A stretch of 64,000 nucleotides of DNA from Eledone cirrhosa (lineage: Eukaryota): positions 45,384,001 to 45,448,000 of the forward strand of contig OZ024740.1 of the NCBI GenBank assembly GCA_964016885.1, in the 5' to 3' direction. Positions 12,806-24,447 of the stretch are shown in pieces (position 1 is the first letter of the stretch; the number at the start of each line of letters is the position of its first letter). Made by a program: the position numbers and the translations under genes. Below the pieces are notes generated by a model. The model ran no database searches, had not been told where the DNA came from, and saw only the letters and a list, made by a program, of their open reading frames with translations.

Positions 12806-13141
12806 TACCTCATTTTACTAGTCTCAAGAACGCGTCTACACGACGTGAGAAAGAATCCCAAAAAGGCGGAGGGGGAGATAGTCACGCGATATAACGGTCG
12901 AGAAACAGAGCTAAGCCTCTTATAACCCCGAAGAAAATACCACGGAGGCGGAGGGGGTATTTATATCGAGGCCGGCCTCGATATAAATACCCCCTCCGCC
13001 TCCGTGGTATTTTCTTCGGGGTTATAAGAGGCTTAGCTCTGTTTCTCGACCGTTATATCGCGTGACTATCTCCCCCTCCGCCTTTTTGGGATTCTTTCTC
13101 ACGTCGTGTAGACGCGTTCTTGAGACTAGTAAAATGAGGTA

Positions 13142-13231
13142 TCCTCTTGATAAGTCGGCAGACCTCGCAAGGACTCTATATCTTTATGATATATTGTTTT
13201 TGTTTATGCCACGAAACTACGTAGTCGAGGA
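13142..13231 (+). ncRNA. Type I hammerhead ribozyme, U3-A8 core variant
   Basis: Stem I UCCUC/GAGGA; core UUGAUAA; stem II GU(C)GGCA/UGCCAC; GAAA; palindromic stem III CUACGUAG; GUC triplet with predicted cut after 13226. Confidence 0.7.
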
Positions 13232-13466
13232 ATTTAGGAGCAGTTTAGGTATGATACATTTTATTACTAATTATATCTAAATGTTTCTTCTCTCTTCATA
13301 ATGTATTTTTAACTCTGATACTGGTTCAGTCTAGTTCAACTGAATTGGTCTGTCCCAGTCATTCATTGAGCAACATCGGTGAAGTTGGCACCCTTAACTC
13401 ACAGTTGGGTGCGGATGCATTCATGTATATATGTGTGTGTCCGCATGTATCTGTGTGTTTCTAATT

Positions 13467-13504
<38 letters not shown>

Positions 13505-14023
13505 GAAATATATGGGCATTTCTCTGTTTGTCTGTCTGTCTGTCTGTCTGTCCGTCCCTAAAACTCAAATGTAGGTGCTACAGAAATATTACCTTCCCCT
13601 TCCTTTCTCCACTTTGGTACTACCAAGAGAAACACTGTTGCTATAGAAACATTACCTTCCCCTCTCCACTGACTTTGGTCACTGAGGCCGAGGGAATCGC
13701 TGGTTGCTATAGAGACACCTTGCACGAGCCAGAAGTAACCAGTTCGAGGCGGTTCTGACCTGACACCATGCCAAGGACCATTTGAAGAAGGTTACCATTG
13801 AATTTGTGGTTGTTGTTGCTGCTGATAATAAGGACCATTTGAAGAAGGTCGCTGCTGATGAGGTAATTTATTAATCAGATTGCGCAGTTCCATAACCTGT
13901 CTGGAGCTGTGGGATTTGATTAATACGTTTGATTTGTTCAATTTCTCATCCAAATCTCAACAATATCAGTATATACACTAGATTTGCTAGCAGAAAACCG
14001 CCCACCGGGTGGTTTTCTGCTAG
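13505..14023 (+). mobile_element. Non-autonomous Helitron-like element
   Basis: (GTCT)n plus TCCCTAAAACTC near the 5' end, shared with the next element. 3' hairpin followed by CTAG at 14020-14023. The 5' boundary is approximate. Confidence 0.55.
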
Positions 14024-14622
14024 TCTATATATATAAAACTGAGGATGTCTGTCTGTGTGTGTGTCTGTGAGTTTGAATCCCTAAAACTCGAGAAGTACCC
14101 AACCGATTTTTTTTCAAACTTTACATGTGTATTACTTATGTTTCAGGGAGTGTTATGCACATAAAGAAATTCAACTTTTTGATCCCCTAGGGCCCGCATT
14201 AGGTGAAAAACTGCGTTTTTTCAGCTTTTTATGAGTTTTTTGAGGCGTTACATAAAACCGATTTCCTTGAAATTGTAACTATGTATTATTCAGTCTCTTC
14301 TTCATACCGTGAGCAAAGAAAATCCAACTTTTTTATTGCTTAGGGCCCACATTAAGTAAAAAACTTCATTTTTTCAGCTTTTTAGGGCTTTTTTGAGGCA
14401 TTACGTCTAGCCGATTTTCCCGATCCCCTATGGCCCGCATTAGGTGAAAACCTACATTTTTCCTGCTTCATCGAGGAAATTTTAAAGATTATCCAGCCAT
14501 CAGAGTATTTGGTTTATTTTCTTTACATATTGTCCAGGCATGTAGTTTTTCCACGATTAGGTCTGTTGGCGACCCACGTTCCAAAATACCTTATCCCGTG
14601 CAACGGCGAGTACCACTGCTAG
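14024..14622 (+). mobile_element. Non-autonomous Helitron
   Basis: 5' TCTATATATATAAAA then (GTCT/GT)n; three internal GGCCC(G/A)CATTA repeats; 3' CCCGTGCAACGGCGAG...CTGCTAG|T terminus. Confidence 0.8.
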
Positions 14623-14769
14623 TAATCATATATATAAAAAATATCCTATCCAGTATTATACTTTCCTGTAATAAATTAATGATACAAAAACCTATATATA
14701 TATATATATACCCCAACCCACTACTCCTACTCCATCCTTCCACTCCCGCCAACACCACTCCTTTCTCTA

Positions 14770-15020
14770 TAAAGTTATGTTGGTACCACAACATCCAGTC
14801 CAAACTAATGAGGTCATGTAGGTGTCACGACAAAAATTCACACAGTCCATGCTGTAATGTGGTTGGTGTTAGGAAGGGCATCCAGCCATAGAAAATCTGC
14901 CAGATAGTCCTATACAAGCGAGACACGGTCGCCCAACCAATCTTGCCTCAAGTGGGACAATCCCTGTCTAACCCATGCTAGCGTGGAAGATAGACATTAA
15001 ACAATGATGATGATGATGAT
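14770..15020 (+). mobile_element. Non-autonomous retroposon with TGGTTGGTGTTAGGAAGGGCATCCAGC core and RTE-like (GAT)n tail; copies near 7900-8560, 9740-10150, 41265, 42130, 46565, 47140, 52385, 54300, 55250, 58930, 60210
   Basis: Recurrent core, variable internal 30-47 bp repeats and an ...ACGTTAAACGATGATGATG tail. Confidence 0.75.
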
Positions 15021-16116
15021 TTGACGAAAGGCGATCGACTGTCAATATATATATATAAATGTTTTAGAGAAAAATAACAGGTCCATTCATGTTGCCATTT
15101 CTTGGAAAACTGTTGATGCTGGCGTTTTGTGTATGATATACTTTTTTAGAAAAGTGGATGATGGAGCGCGTCTATCTGAAAGGGAAAAATAAACGTTTTG
15201 TATATAGAGCTATGTGTGTGTTGGCCTTGTGCCTGAATCAGAAATCATTATTTTGGAAGAAATCTTATGAAAGAAATCATTATTTTTATCGAATATACAG
15301 AAAAATGATCTAGAATATTTACTGTGGTAGTTAGGTAGTTACTGCTATAATATTACAAGTTATGTCAGGATGTTAACATACCAGTTGATGTTGTCTGCTT
15401 GCCAGGAATAGAGTTTACACTATGATGGTAGGTTCTCCACCAGTTTCAACGATGAATATTCAGTTGTTTTGTCAACTGAATTTCCAACTAGAGAAATCAA
15501 ATGATTGTGAATCCTTAACGTAATTCTCTGACAGAATCAACATTACACAATATGTGGCATGTCTAAATCTGGTGCTTATCCCAGTTTCATGGCGTGAAGC
15601 AACAGTCCATCACAGAGTTAAACCTCCAGCTATTACTGGTACTCATTTACAGCTGAGTATACTAGAGCAACGTGAAATGAAGTGTTTTGCTCAAGAACAC
15701 AACACACAACCCAGCCCAGGAATCGAACCCACAACATTATGATTGTAAGTCCAACACCCTTACCACTGGACCACATGCCTTTTCTATACGCGACATGGCT
15801 TATTTTAAATTACAGGTTTCCACAAAGTTTCTATGTACCTAATTTTACTCACAAGCTTTGGACTGTTCATAAAAAGATATGGTAAAGATACTTGCCCAAG
15901 ATGTCACTCAGTGGGATCAAACCCAGGACCTTATAATAATTGTTTCTACTTTTGGCCCAAGTCCAGCTATTACCCCAGTGTATTACTGGTACTTTATTTT
16001 ATCGACCCCGTAAGGATGAAAGGCAAAGTTAAACTCAGCGGGATTTGAACTCAGAATGGCAAGGGCCGTAACTCTGTGCATCAAAGCATGGCGTTCGACC
16101 CTCTACCGATACTGCC

Positions 16117-16882
16117 ATAATAATGATAATAATGAAATTATTGTGTGCAGTGCTCAGGTGCACTACAACTCATCAAAGGTGAATGTATAGTACATAGAAT
16201 AATATACAAATGTCAGGGAAGTGAATAGTGTATGAGTCATGATATACATGTGTGCGTGTGTATGGAGGGGGAATATTAGGTGTAGTGTTGGCGAATCTCA
16301 GGAAGCATGGAGGTTTTAAAGGATGCAGTGTCTCAACAGCTAATAACTGATGCAGGGAGTTTGTTCCATGCTTCAGCAACTCTGAGCGTCAAAAAATTGT
16401 TTCCGAAAGTCATGGGAGCTGTGCTGTTTGTTGGCATGCCCACATGTGTTAGATACATGGAAATCAAAAAGGTACTCAGGGTTGTTATTGGCAAGATGGT
16501 TAATAATTTTGTAGGTGTTTACCAAGTCAGTTGCCAGACGTCGGAGCTTCAATGTATCCATGCCCAGGGAAGTAAGGCGTTCAGAGTATGGTAGGTGCCT
16601 GATGGAGGGTATTCGCTTAGTTGCACGTCTCTGAATAGTTTCCAGGCGGTCAATGTTTTGAGCAAGGTAGGGGTTCCAGATTGTAATGCAAATTCTAAGT
16701 GTGGCTGCATCATAGCTACATACAGCTTTAAATAGATAGCTGGTGAGTGGCTGACAAATGTCTTGCTGAGTGATGCTAAGACACCCTCGGCCTCCTTGAC
16801 AATTTTAGAGACATGCTTCGTCCAACGCAAATCGCTGCTGACGGTAATGCCCAGGTCACGTGCAGAAGAAGACTTCTTGATT
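16117..16882 (-). mobile_element. CR1-like LINE, 5'-truncated
   Basis: RT C-terminal region and (ATT)n tail, homologous to about 36945-37765. Confidence 0.9.
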
Positions 16883-19800
16883 TCAAAGCAAACTTCTTAA
16901 CCACTCCATCATGTCTACATTCACTTATAATGCATCCATTGAAAGCTGTCCCCTAATTATAGCTTCTTTCTCTTCTCAGTAAAAATATTACAGACTTTGA
17001 ATTACCTGCTTGTTTTTAAGATGAATAGAACATTTTGCTGAAGCAAAAATAATTTTTGAAATTATTTTATATTTCATCATCACCATCATCATTCTACACC
17101 CACTATTCCAATACTTGTATGGGTTTGGCGAGTTTTTTTCCAGTACAACCTCCCTCTACATGTAGCATTCCTCCATCATCTCTGTGAGGTTCAGCATTTT
17201 AAAATCAGCTTTCACCATCTCTTTCCAGGTTTGTCTTTGTATTCTATTGCATCGCTTGGCACATCTTCACCATTCATCATCCATATTCATCACATGTCCA
17301 TATCAGCACAGTCTTCGCTCTTGCATACTACATCTGATTTCTCTTATAGCCAGCTTTTCTCTCAGCTTATCCATGCCTCATTGTTCATACACACTAACAT
17401 TACACACCCAACAGAGCATGCTTGCTTCATTTCTCTCCAGCTTCTGTATATCCTTTGTATTTACCACACACGTCTCACTACCTAGCTACATTGCACTACT
17501 CCTGCAGATATCATACAATCATACATAACTCATTAGGATGACTAAGGTGGGAAGAGGAGTAGAGCCACCTCTCACCTACTAAATGACCATATGGATAGCG
17601 TCTCCAAAAGCCTCACCTAACCAAACTCCAACTGCTTGCCTTCTCACACCAACCCTTGTTTAAAACAGGTTGCAGTAGTGTGAAAGGTGAGTCTCTGGTG
17701 CCTCAAAACCTGACTGCTCATCACCCCAGGTGTAAAGGGCAAAGTTGGTTATGTGCACACTGCATCCAACCTTAAAACCCCACTGCATAAGTATGAAGGT
17801 CATGTCAAACCTTTCAATATTCTACCCTCACATATTTTCATAACAATAGTTTTATTTTGGCTATTTAGTTTAACTATAAAAATATTTTGACTATCCAAAA
17901 TATAATTGAACCATATCTATTTTATTACACTGACAAATTTAAGGACTTCATCTAAATCTATGTAAATCTTTCTACTACGACCACATACAGCTTCTGCTAT
18001 CTAATAACATCATCATCATCATTATTGTCATCATCATCACCATTGTCATTGTCGTCACTATCTTCTTCATCATCGTCATCATCATTCACTTTTCCATGCT
18101 ACCTTAAGTTGGACATAATATATATTTATATAATCCACAATCATAGTTTTGTTAAAGTTTGTTAAAGAATCTGAATCCCAAAATCTCAAAATGTTCTCTA
18201 ATTACTAAGGTAACTGTGAGATGATCACAGCTTAAATTATCCACCGCAACACTTATCTATCTTTATTATACATAAACATATGTTTATGTATGATAATAGA
18301 CAGCCCTTTTATTTATTTCATCTATAAAACAATGGGTTATTTCCTAGTTTAATGTAGTAAAACTGAAAACCTGTTTATTGATACTGTTTCACTTCTCTTT
18401 CATTGTTGGTTTGAAACTGTCACAAACTTTGGTAACATCTGTTGGAGGACATTTCTTGTATATTAAAATCATAATTGCTGAATAGCTCGGATGCCCCTCC
18501 TCCAAACACACACATACTGTTCATGGTAAATAACACTAATTTAACCAACTAACTAAGGGTGGTGAATTAGCAGAATCATTAGAGTGGAATGACCAAATGC
18601 TTTGTAACTTTTATTTCAGCTATTTTCATTCTGAGTTCAAATGCTGTTGAAATCATTTCTTTTCATCATTTAAAGCTCAATAAAATAAAGTACAGGTCAA
18701 GGGATCGATTTAATTGATCCATACACCGACACACAAAATTAGAAACCATTATATCTGTCAGGGCGGTGGTAGGGCATCGGATACTGTTTTTCAGCATAGA
18801 GTTACGGCCCTTTACAATTCGAATTCAAATTCTACCTTTGCCTTTCATCCTTATGGGGTCGATAAAATAAAGCACCAGTAATGCACTGGGGTCGATTTAA
18901 TCGACTTTTCCCTCCCTTTCAAATTGCTGGCCTTGTGCCTAAACTAGAAACCTCTATATCTGCCAGCCAACTTCTAATTACCTACTACCAAATAACAACT
19001 GATTTACAATTAGCAATATCAACTATTAAGCTAAAACTGATTTTTGAACTCATTATTTAACCATTTAACCATATGGCGGTGGATTGGCAGTACCAGTAGC
19101 GTGTTGGACAACATGCTTTGCAACATAGAGTTACGGCCCTTTATGTTCTGTGTTCAAATTACACTGGGGTTAGTTTTGCCTTTCATCCTTATGAGGTTGA
19201 TAAAATAAAGTACCACTCACGCACTGGGGTCAATTTAATCGACTTTCCCCTCTCCCAAAATTGCTGGCCATGTGCCTATAGATGAAATCATTATTTAACC
19301 ATTTAGATACCAATTCCCCCCAAACTGCTTCTATGAACAAATAAGATAGGAATTTTTATCAGAAATCACATAGTAAGAATTAATGCACATCCACTTAATC
19401 CTTTTGTTAACATATATTTAATGAAATACATTGCTTATTTGTTTTAACTTGTTTTTAAAATAATTAAAAATGTGGATCAGGGAACTAAAAGAAAAGTTCA
19501 TATAGAGAAGTATGATGGAAGTTTTAAATATAAATATGAGCACTTTAAAATGAAAGGTTTATCAGTGGAGACAAAGGAGACAGTGTCAAGCAAGTTGGTA
19601 TTAAAAGGGTTAATATACTTTTTATTATTGTAGCTATTGTACGGTTGGTAGGTTGGCAAAATTGGTAGAGCGTCAGACAACATGCTGTATGGCATAGAGT
19701 TATGTCCCTTTATGTCCTGAGCTAAAATCCCACCAAGGTTAGCTTTTCCTTTACAGGGTAGATAAAATAAAATACCAGTAATGCACTAGGTCAATTTAAT

Positions 19801-20039
19801 CGACTTTCCTCCAAAAATTGTGGGCCTTGTGCCTAAATCACAAACAATTGTTGTAGCTATTGTAAGGGTGGTAGCTTACCAGATAAAATACCATTCTGAA
19901 AGAGTTTATCATGAGACCCTTATAAGACTAACTCCTGATTTAGCAGGAAAAAAACACACCTGAAACTGCTCTTGCTTCTATAATGCAAAGCCTGTTTATT
20001 TCATAATGTTTATATTTATCTGAAAACTTCTCCTGCTTC

Positions 20040-20560
20040 TTCTCCTTCTTCTTCTTCCTCCTTCTCCTGAGAGGGTTGTTGGGACAGAGACCTCAAATAT
20101 TCCCTTCAGCAGGTCTTGTCAGAAGTAACTGTTTCCAACTAACCCAGCTAGATTCCCAAGCAAGACCAGCAAGCTCATGAATGTTATCCAACCATCTTGC
20201 TCAGGGTCTACCTCTGGGTTTCCTACCAGTTAGTTTTGTATGTAAAATCTGTCCAGTGATTCTTTCCTGAGCCATTCTTACCACATGCTCATAGTATCAG
20301 CTGTGATCTCTCAATTCAGAGAAGTAGGGGCTCTGCCTGGAGTGATTCTTTGATGTCTGAGCTATGCACTTTATTGAGTAACGTTACCCCAAAGACCCTT
20401 CGAGGGAACCCCATTTTGGCTGCTTGTAATCACGATCGCATTCTTCCAGTCATTACCCAAGATTCAAGACCATAGGTAAAGTTTGGCACGAAAACCAAAT
20501 TGAAGACAGCGAGTTTGGCTTTTATGTGTAGTTCGCTTCTTTTGATTACTGAAACTGACA
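20040..20560 (-). mobile_element. RTE-like LINE 3' fragment with (GAA)n tail; related copies at 41725-42100(-), 49990-50650(+), 53355-53740(-)
   Basis: Shared 3' sequence (AAAACCAACTGG-AGGAGACCC...GATGGTTGGATAA). RT remnant VDFEKAYD near 50035. Confidence 0.7.
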
Positions 20561-21412
20561 CATTACTGCACCAGCTATCTGAAAACTTTCCATTATATTT
20601 TAATTATTTGAAAAACGTAAGCAGTGTCTTTTATTAGAAAGGGGTTGTTGGCAGTATCGGTAGAGCGTTGGACATGCTTTCCAGCATAGTTACATCCCTT
20701 TACGATCTGAGTTAAAATCCCGCCAAGGTTAACTTTGCCTTTCATCCTTACAGGGTCGATAAAATAAAGTACCAGTAATGTACTGAGTAATTGCTAGCCT
20801 TGTGCCAAAAGTAGTAACAATTATTTAACTGGTTTTAGTCTTTGAAATGAGGCCATTCTGGTTCATTGCCATCAAAGTTTTTAGTTGATCATATTAATGC
20901 AAGTGCTTTTGTTATTGATCAATATTTATCAAATGGCTCTGACCTCATTTAACATAAAAGGGATGTTACTTAGTACCTATATAGAACAAGGTGTTTTGGT
21001 TGTGCCTCTCCTCTCCTTCACATGTACATGTTTTCCAATCCATTCAGCTGAAAGATTTTAGTACCACCACCACCACCTCTCCCACCCAATCACCAATAAT
21101 ACCAGCAGCAGCTGGAGTTAAGCTTATGACAGACTGGGAGTCTGTCTCATCAAACTGGGATATGCTTTCATCTGATGTTCCTCTAGACTTCAAAAAGACC
21201 TTAATTTTTTTTACTTTAACATACATACACATATATATACATACATACATACACACTTACATACATTCACACATACATACATACACACGCATACACATCT
21301 GACATACATTCATACATCTGACATACATATATACACATCACCATTTTATGTCTGCATTGATCAGACAACTGGAACACTTGTCAGAAACTAAAGGAGGTCA
21401 ATTGACTTGATA

Positions 21413-21452
<40 letters not shown>

Positions 21453-21459
21453 CATCCTA

Positions 21460-22560
21460 TAATCTATCCTTTATTCTGAGAGAAAAGTGCTTTGTAGTCA
21501 GCAGCAGTAATAGATCTCTAAACTTCTTCCAGGCTGTTCTTATCCTAGCTCTCACACTTTCAATGCATCCTACCCCTCTGTTAACATGATCTCACCTAGG
21601 TAGCAAAAGCTCTCAACAACTTCTAGGGAGCCCCCCCTGGCAACTGAATCTATTTCATGTGTGCTCTTTGTGCTCACTTCCCCTGTGCATATGCCACTTA
21701 TAAAGTCTACCTGCAATCCCACTACAGCTTTTGTGCTTCCATAAATTATTTATAGAATTTCTGCCCACCCCTTTCTGACATATCAAACTAGGATACCCTC
21801 CTGTTTTCTTTCCCACTTATTATGACGTTCGTCTTTGTTAAATTTACTTTTAGGCCTTTCAACTTTAGGTTCTTCTTCCATGCTTAAAACTTTACCTCTA
21901 ACTCTCCTATGGATTCAGCTATGAGACTAGGTGATCAACATGTAGGAAATCCCATATAATGCCAGTGTTAAACTCCTCAGTGATGGCCTGAAGGACTGAT
22001 AAACAAGAGAGGACTGAGGACTGATTCCTGATGGGTCCCCACATGCACTACAAATTCATCACTGTACTAATTGCCAACTCTCACTCTGCTGATTGATCCT
22101 TTATGCATGGCCCTCACAGGCCATTCATCTACACCTAGCTTCCTAAGTGCCCACCAGAGAGTGTGGGACCCTGTCAAAGACCTTCTCCAGATCTACAAAT
22201 GTTAAATACAGTGGCTTACTCTTAGCTAAGCACCTCTCCTGTAGTTGTCTCACCAGAAAGAGGTCATTCATAGTACACCTACTTGGTATAAATCCAAACT
22301 GCATCTCATCTAACTTGATTCTTTCCCTAATTAGTTGTGCTATAACCCTTTCATCAACTTTCATGGCCCAGTCCATCAACTTGATGCTTCTGTAGTTACT
22401 TCTCTTTATTGCAAATCTTTTGCCCTTGTTGCAATTTATAATGACACTGCTGCACCAGTCATTGGGTATGACACTATTTTGTCCTACATGATTAACTATG
22501 CATTTGATTAGCTTGTATCCTACCATGCCAGATGCTTTTAGCTGCTTTCCCTACCTTCAT
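21460..22560 (-). mobile_element. RTE (BovB-like) LINE, RT portion
   Basis: ORF 22143-22526: IPNDW...NYRSIKLM...QFGFIPSR..LFLVRQLQE..LYLTFVDLEKVFDRVP. Confidence 0.85.
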
Positions 22561-23922
22561 GAGTAAGGCACTTGCCCTTTGAAAGCCACCTCACTTCAGT
22601 ATGGAGGAGCAACTTGACGAATTCTTCGTCATTATCTTGGCACAGTTGCCGGAAAATTCGTTCATTGAGGGAATGCCGTTTGATAAAATTGATGTCATCA
22701 ATGGCCACCTGCAAAGGCTTGCTCAGCGGCTTGCTGAGTTTCTTCGTAGCCAAGTGTTGTCGATGAATGACACAATGAACAGCAAATACAGACAGATTTT
22801 CTGTCTTCAGAAGAGTGATGAAGCCCTTATGTTGGCCGACCATTGCTCTTGCGTCGTCCGTAGCACATGATACAATGTGTGTTGTATGTGGTCCTAGATG
22901 TATGTATTACCTTATAACAAAATACTGGTGTGTATAATATTTAATCATGAAACGTGGTTTGTGTGTATAATATTTAATTAACAATTTGTGGATATATAGA
23001 ACAGTATAGTTGACATGTCAATGAATAGATGAGAGAATGAAGCAAAGTTATTAGTTACCGTTTGATTGCCAGGCGAACGCACCTGGCCGAAGACGCCTGG
23101 CGAAGGCCAGTAGCCGGAAAGGCAAGTGAGAGAAAGGGAGCCGAAAGCTATTCGTTTTATAGGGCTCTGCCGGAAGTGATAAAAAGGGTTCCATCACCCC
23201 AACGGGAAGCAACTCCAACTACTTCCTGTCTAGAGAGCGTTACTCTATTGGTGATGTGAGTGTCACAACAAGGGAGGCAACTCCTGCTACAACCTGATTG
23301 TGTTGTATGTGGTCCTAGATGTTTGTATTACCTGCTTATGTGTTGCATGTGTTCCTAGATGTGTGTATTACCTGCTTATGTGTTGTATGTGGTCCTAGAT
23401 GCTTGTATTATCTGATTATGTGTTGTATGTGGTCCTACATGTGTGTGCTACCCGCTTCTGTTTTTTCTTTTCTTTTTATTATTTGTAATATTATTTATAC
23501 AATAGGGAGTAAAATAGATCTACATAGTGTTAACTCATTACAGTTGAGTTAATAATTTCAGTCATGAAATACATTGTTATCGGTGAAGGAAAGATAAGAT
23601 TCTAACTGGCTGCGCTCAAAGTGTCCTTGACCCAGTTGACTGTGGGTTTTTCCATTTTTAAGATCTCAATTACCGGACACGCCTGCACACCTGCTCACAG
23701 GTGCAGTCAGACCATAGTTATGGTGCCTGCAAGCTCATTCAAATGCATTCACACTGGCTGTCTCAAAGACATACAAATATGGCTTATAAAGCTTACCAAA
23801 GTAAAGGGTCTTCCAGCGCCCCCTAGTCGACCCTCTCAAGTTCCCCCCCCCCCCCCACCAACGCCCCCCTGGAGTTCCGAAATACCCCCCGGGGTGCATA
23901 TGCCCCCCGTTGAGAACCTTTG
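22560..23922 (-). mobile_element. hAT Buster/Charlie transposon remnant (ZBED5/SCAND3-like transposase)
   Basis: AMVGQHKGFITLLK...HCVIHRQHLA...LLHTEVRWLSKGKCL. Terminus GTTGAGAACCTTTG followed by GTCTAGAG, a Charlie-type NTCTAGAN target. Confidence 0.85.
22913..23291 (-). mobile_element. Solo LTR (probably Ty3/gypsy type)
   Basis: Ends TATAAC...GCTACA (degenerate TG...CA). 4-bp TSD ACCT at 22909-22912 and 23292-23295. Removal restores the flanking repeat unit. TATAAAA on -. Confidence 0.7.
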
Positions 23923-23929
23923 GTCTAGA

Positions 23930-24440
23930 GCATCACATAACTCCAGGGGCCTTAACCCCTCCTTGTTTCTTGTATCATAGCCATAGCCTCTATCTACTCC
24001 AGGAAATCCATAATTGTGTTACCCAACATGCCTATTGATGTCACCAGCTATGATGAAAAACTCACTGTTATTTGTCATTGAGGTAGTCTGCAGGAGGACC
24101 TCATAGAAGCAGTCATTCTGCTTGTCTGTCAGCCCAGCTTTTGGTGTATATATGGATAGTATAGAGGCTGTTGTGTTGCCCAAGGCTTGTCTAAGTCTAA
24201 CTACTCTATCACACACTCTGGCTACCTCAATTAGCTGGTCTACCCATCTCTCAGCTAGAAGTACACCTATTCCACCCCATTATTGTTACTCACCCAGAAG
24301 AATTTCTACCAGTTTTCCTTGCCTGTGATGAATCTGACCAAGGCACCCCTCAACCTCACTTCTTGCAAACGGCACATATCTACTTCTCTCCTCTCTAACA
24401 TCTCCACAATCTCACCACACTTACCTTTCATTGTTCCAAC
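23930..24440 (-). mobile_element. RTE LINE endonuclease portion (likely the same element as 21460-22560)
   Basis: CDRVVRLR...ILSIYTPKAG...FFIIAGDINRHVG. Confidence 0.75.
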
Positions 24441-24447
24441 ATTTATA

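Larger units (their letters stand above)
12641..13306. mobile_element. Perfect 666-bp palindrome, probably inverted Penelope-like pseudo-LTRs
   Basis: 333-bp arms with centre GAGGCC|GGCCTC at 12973/12974. Mirror ORFs are identical. Each arm has a hammerhead motif. The left end abuts (TA)n. Confidence 0.75.

Noticed and set aside
12667-13280. Two identical 72-aa ORFs
   Set aside because: Mirror images from the palindrome; GTG start; no recognisable domain.
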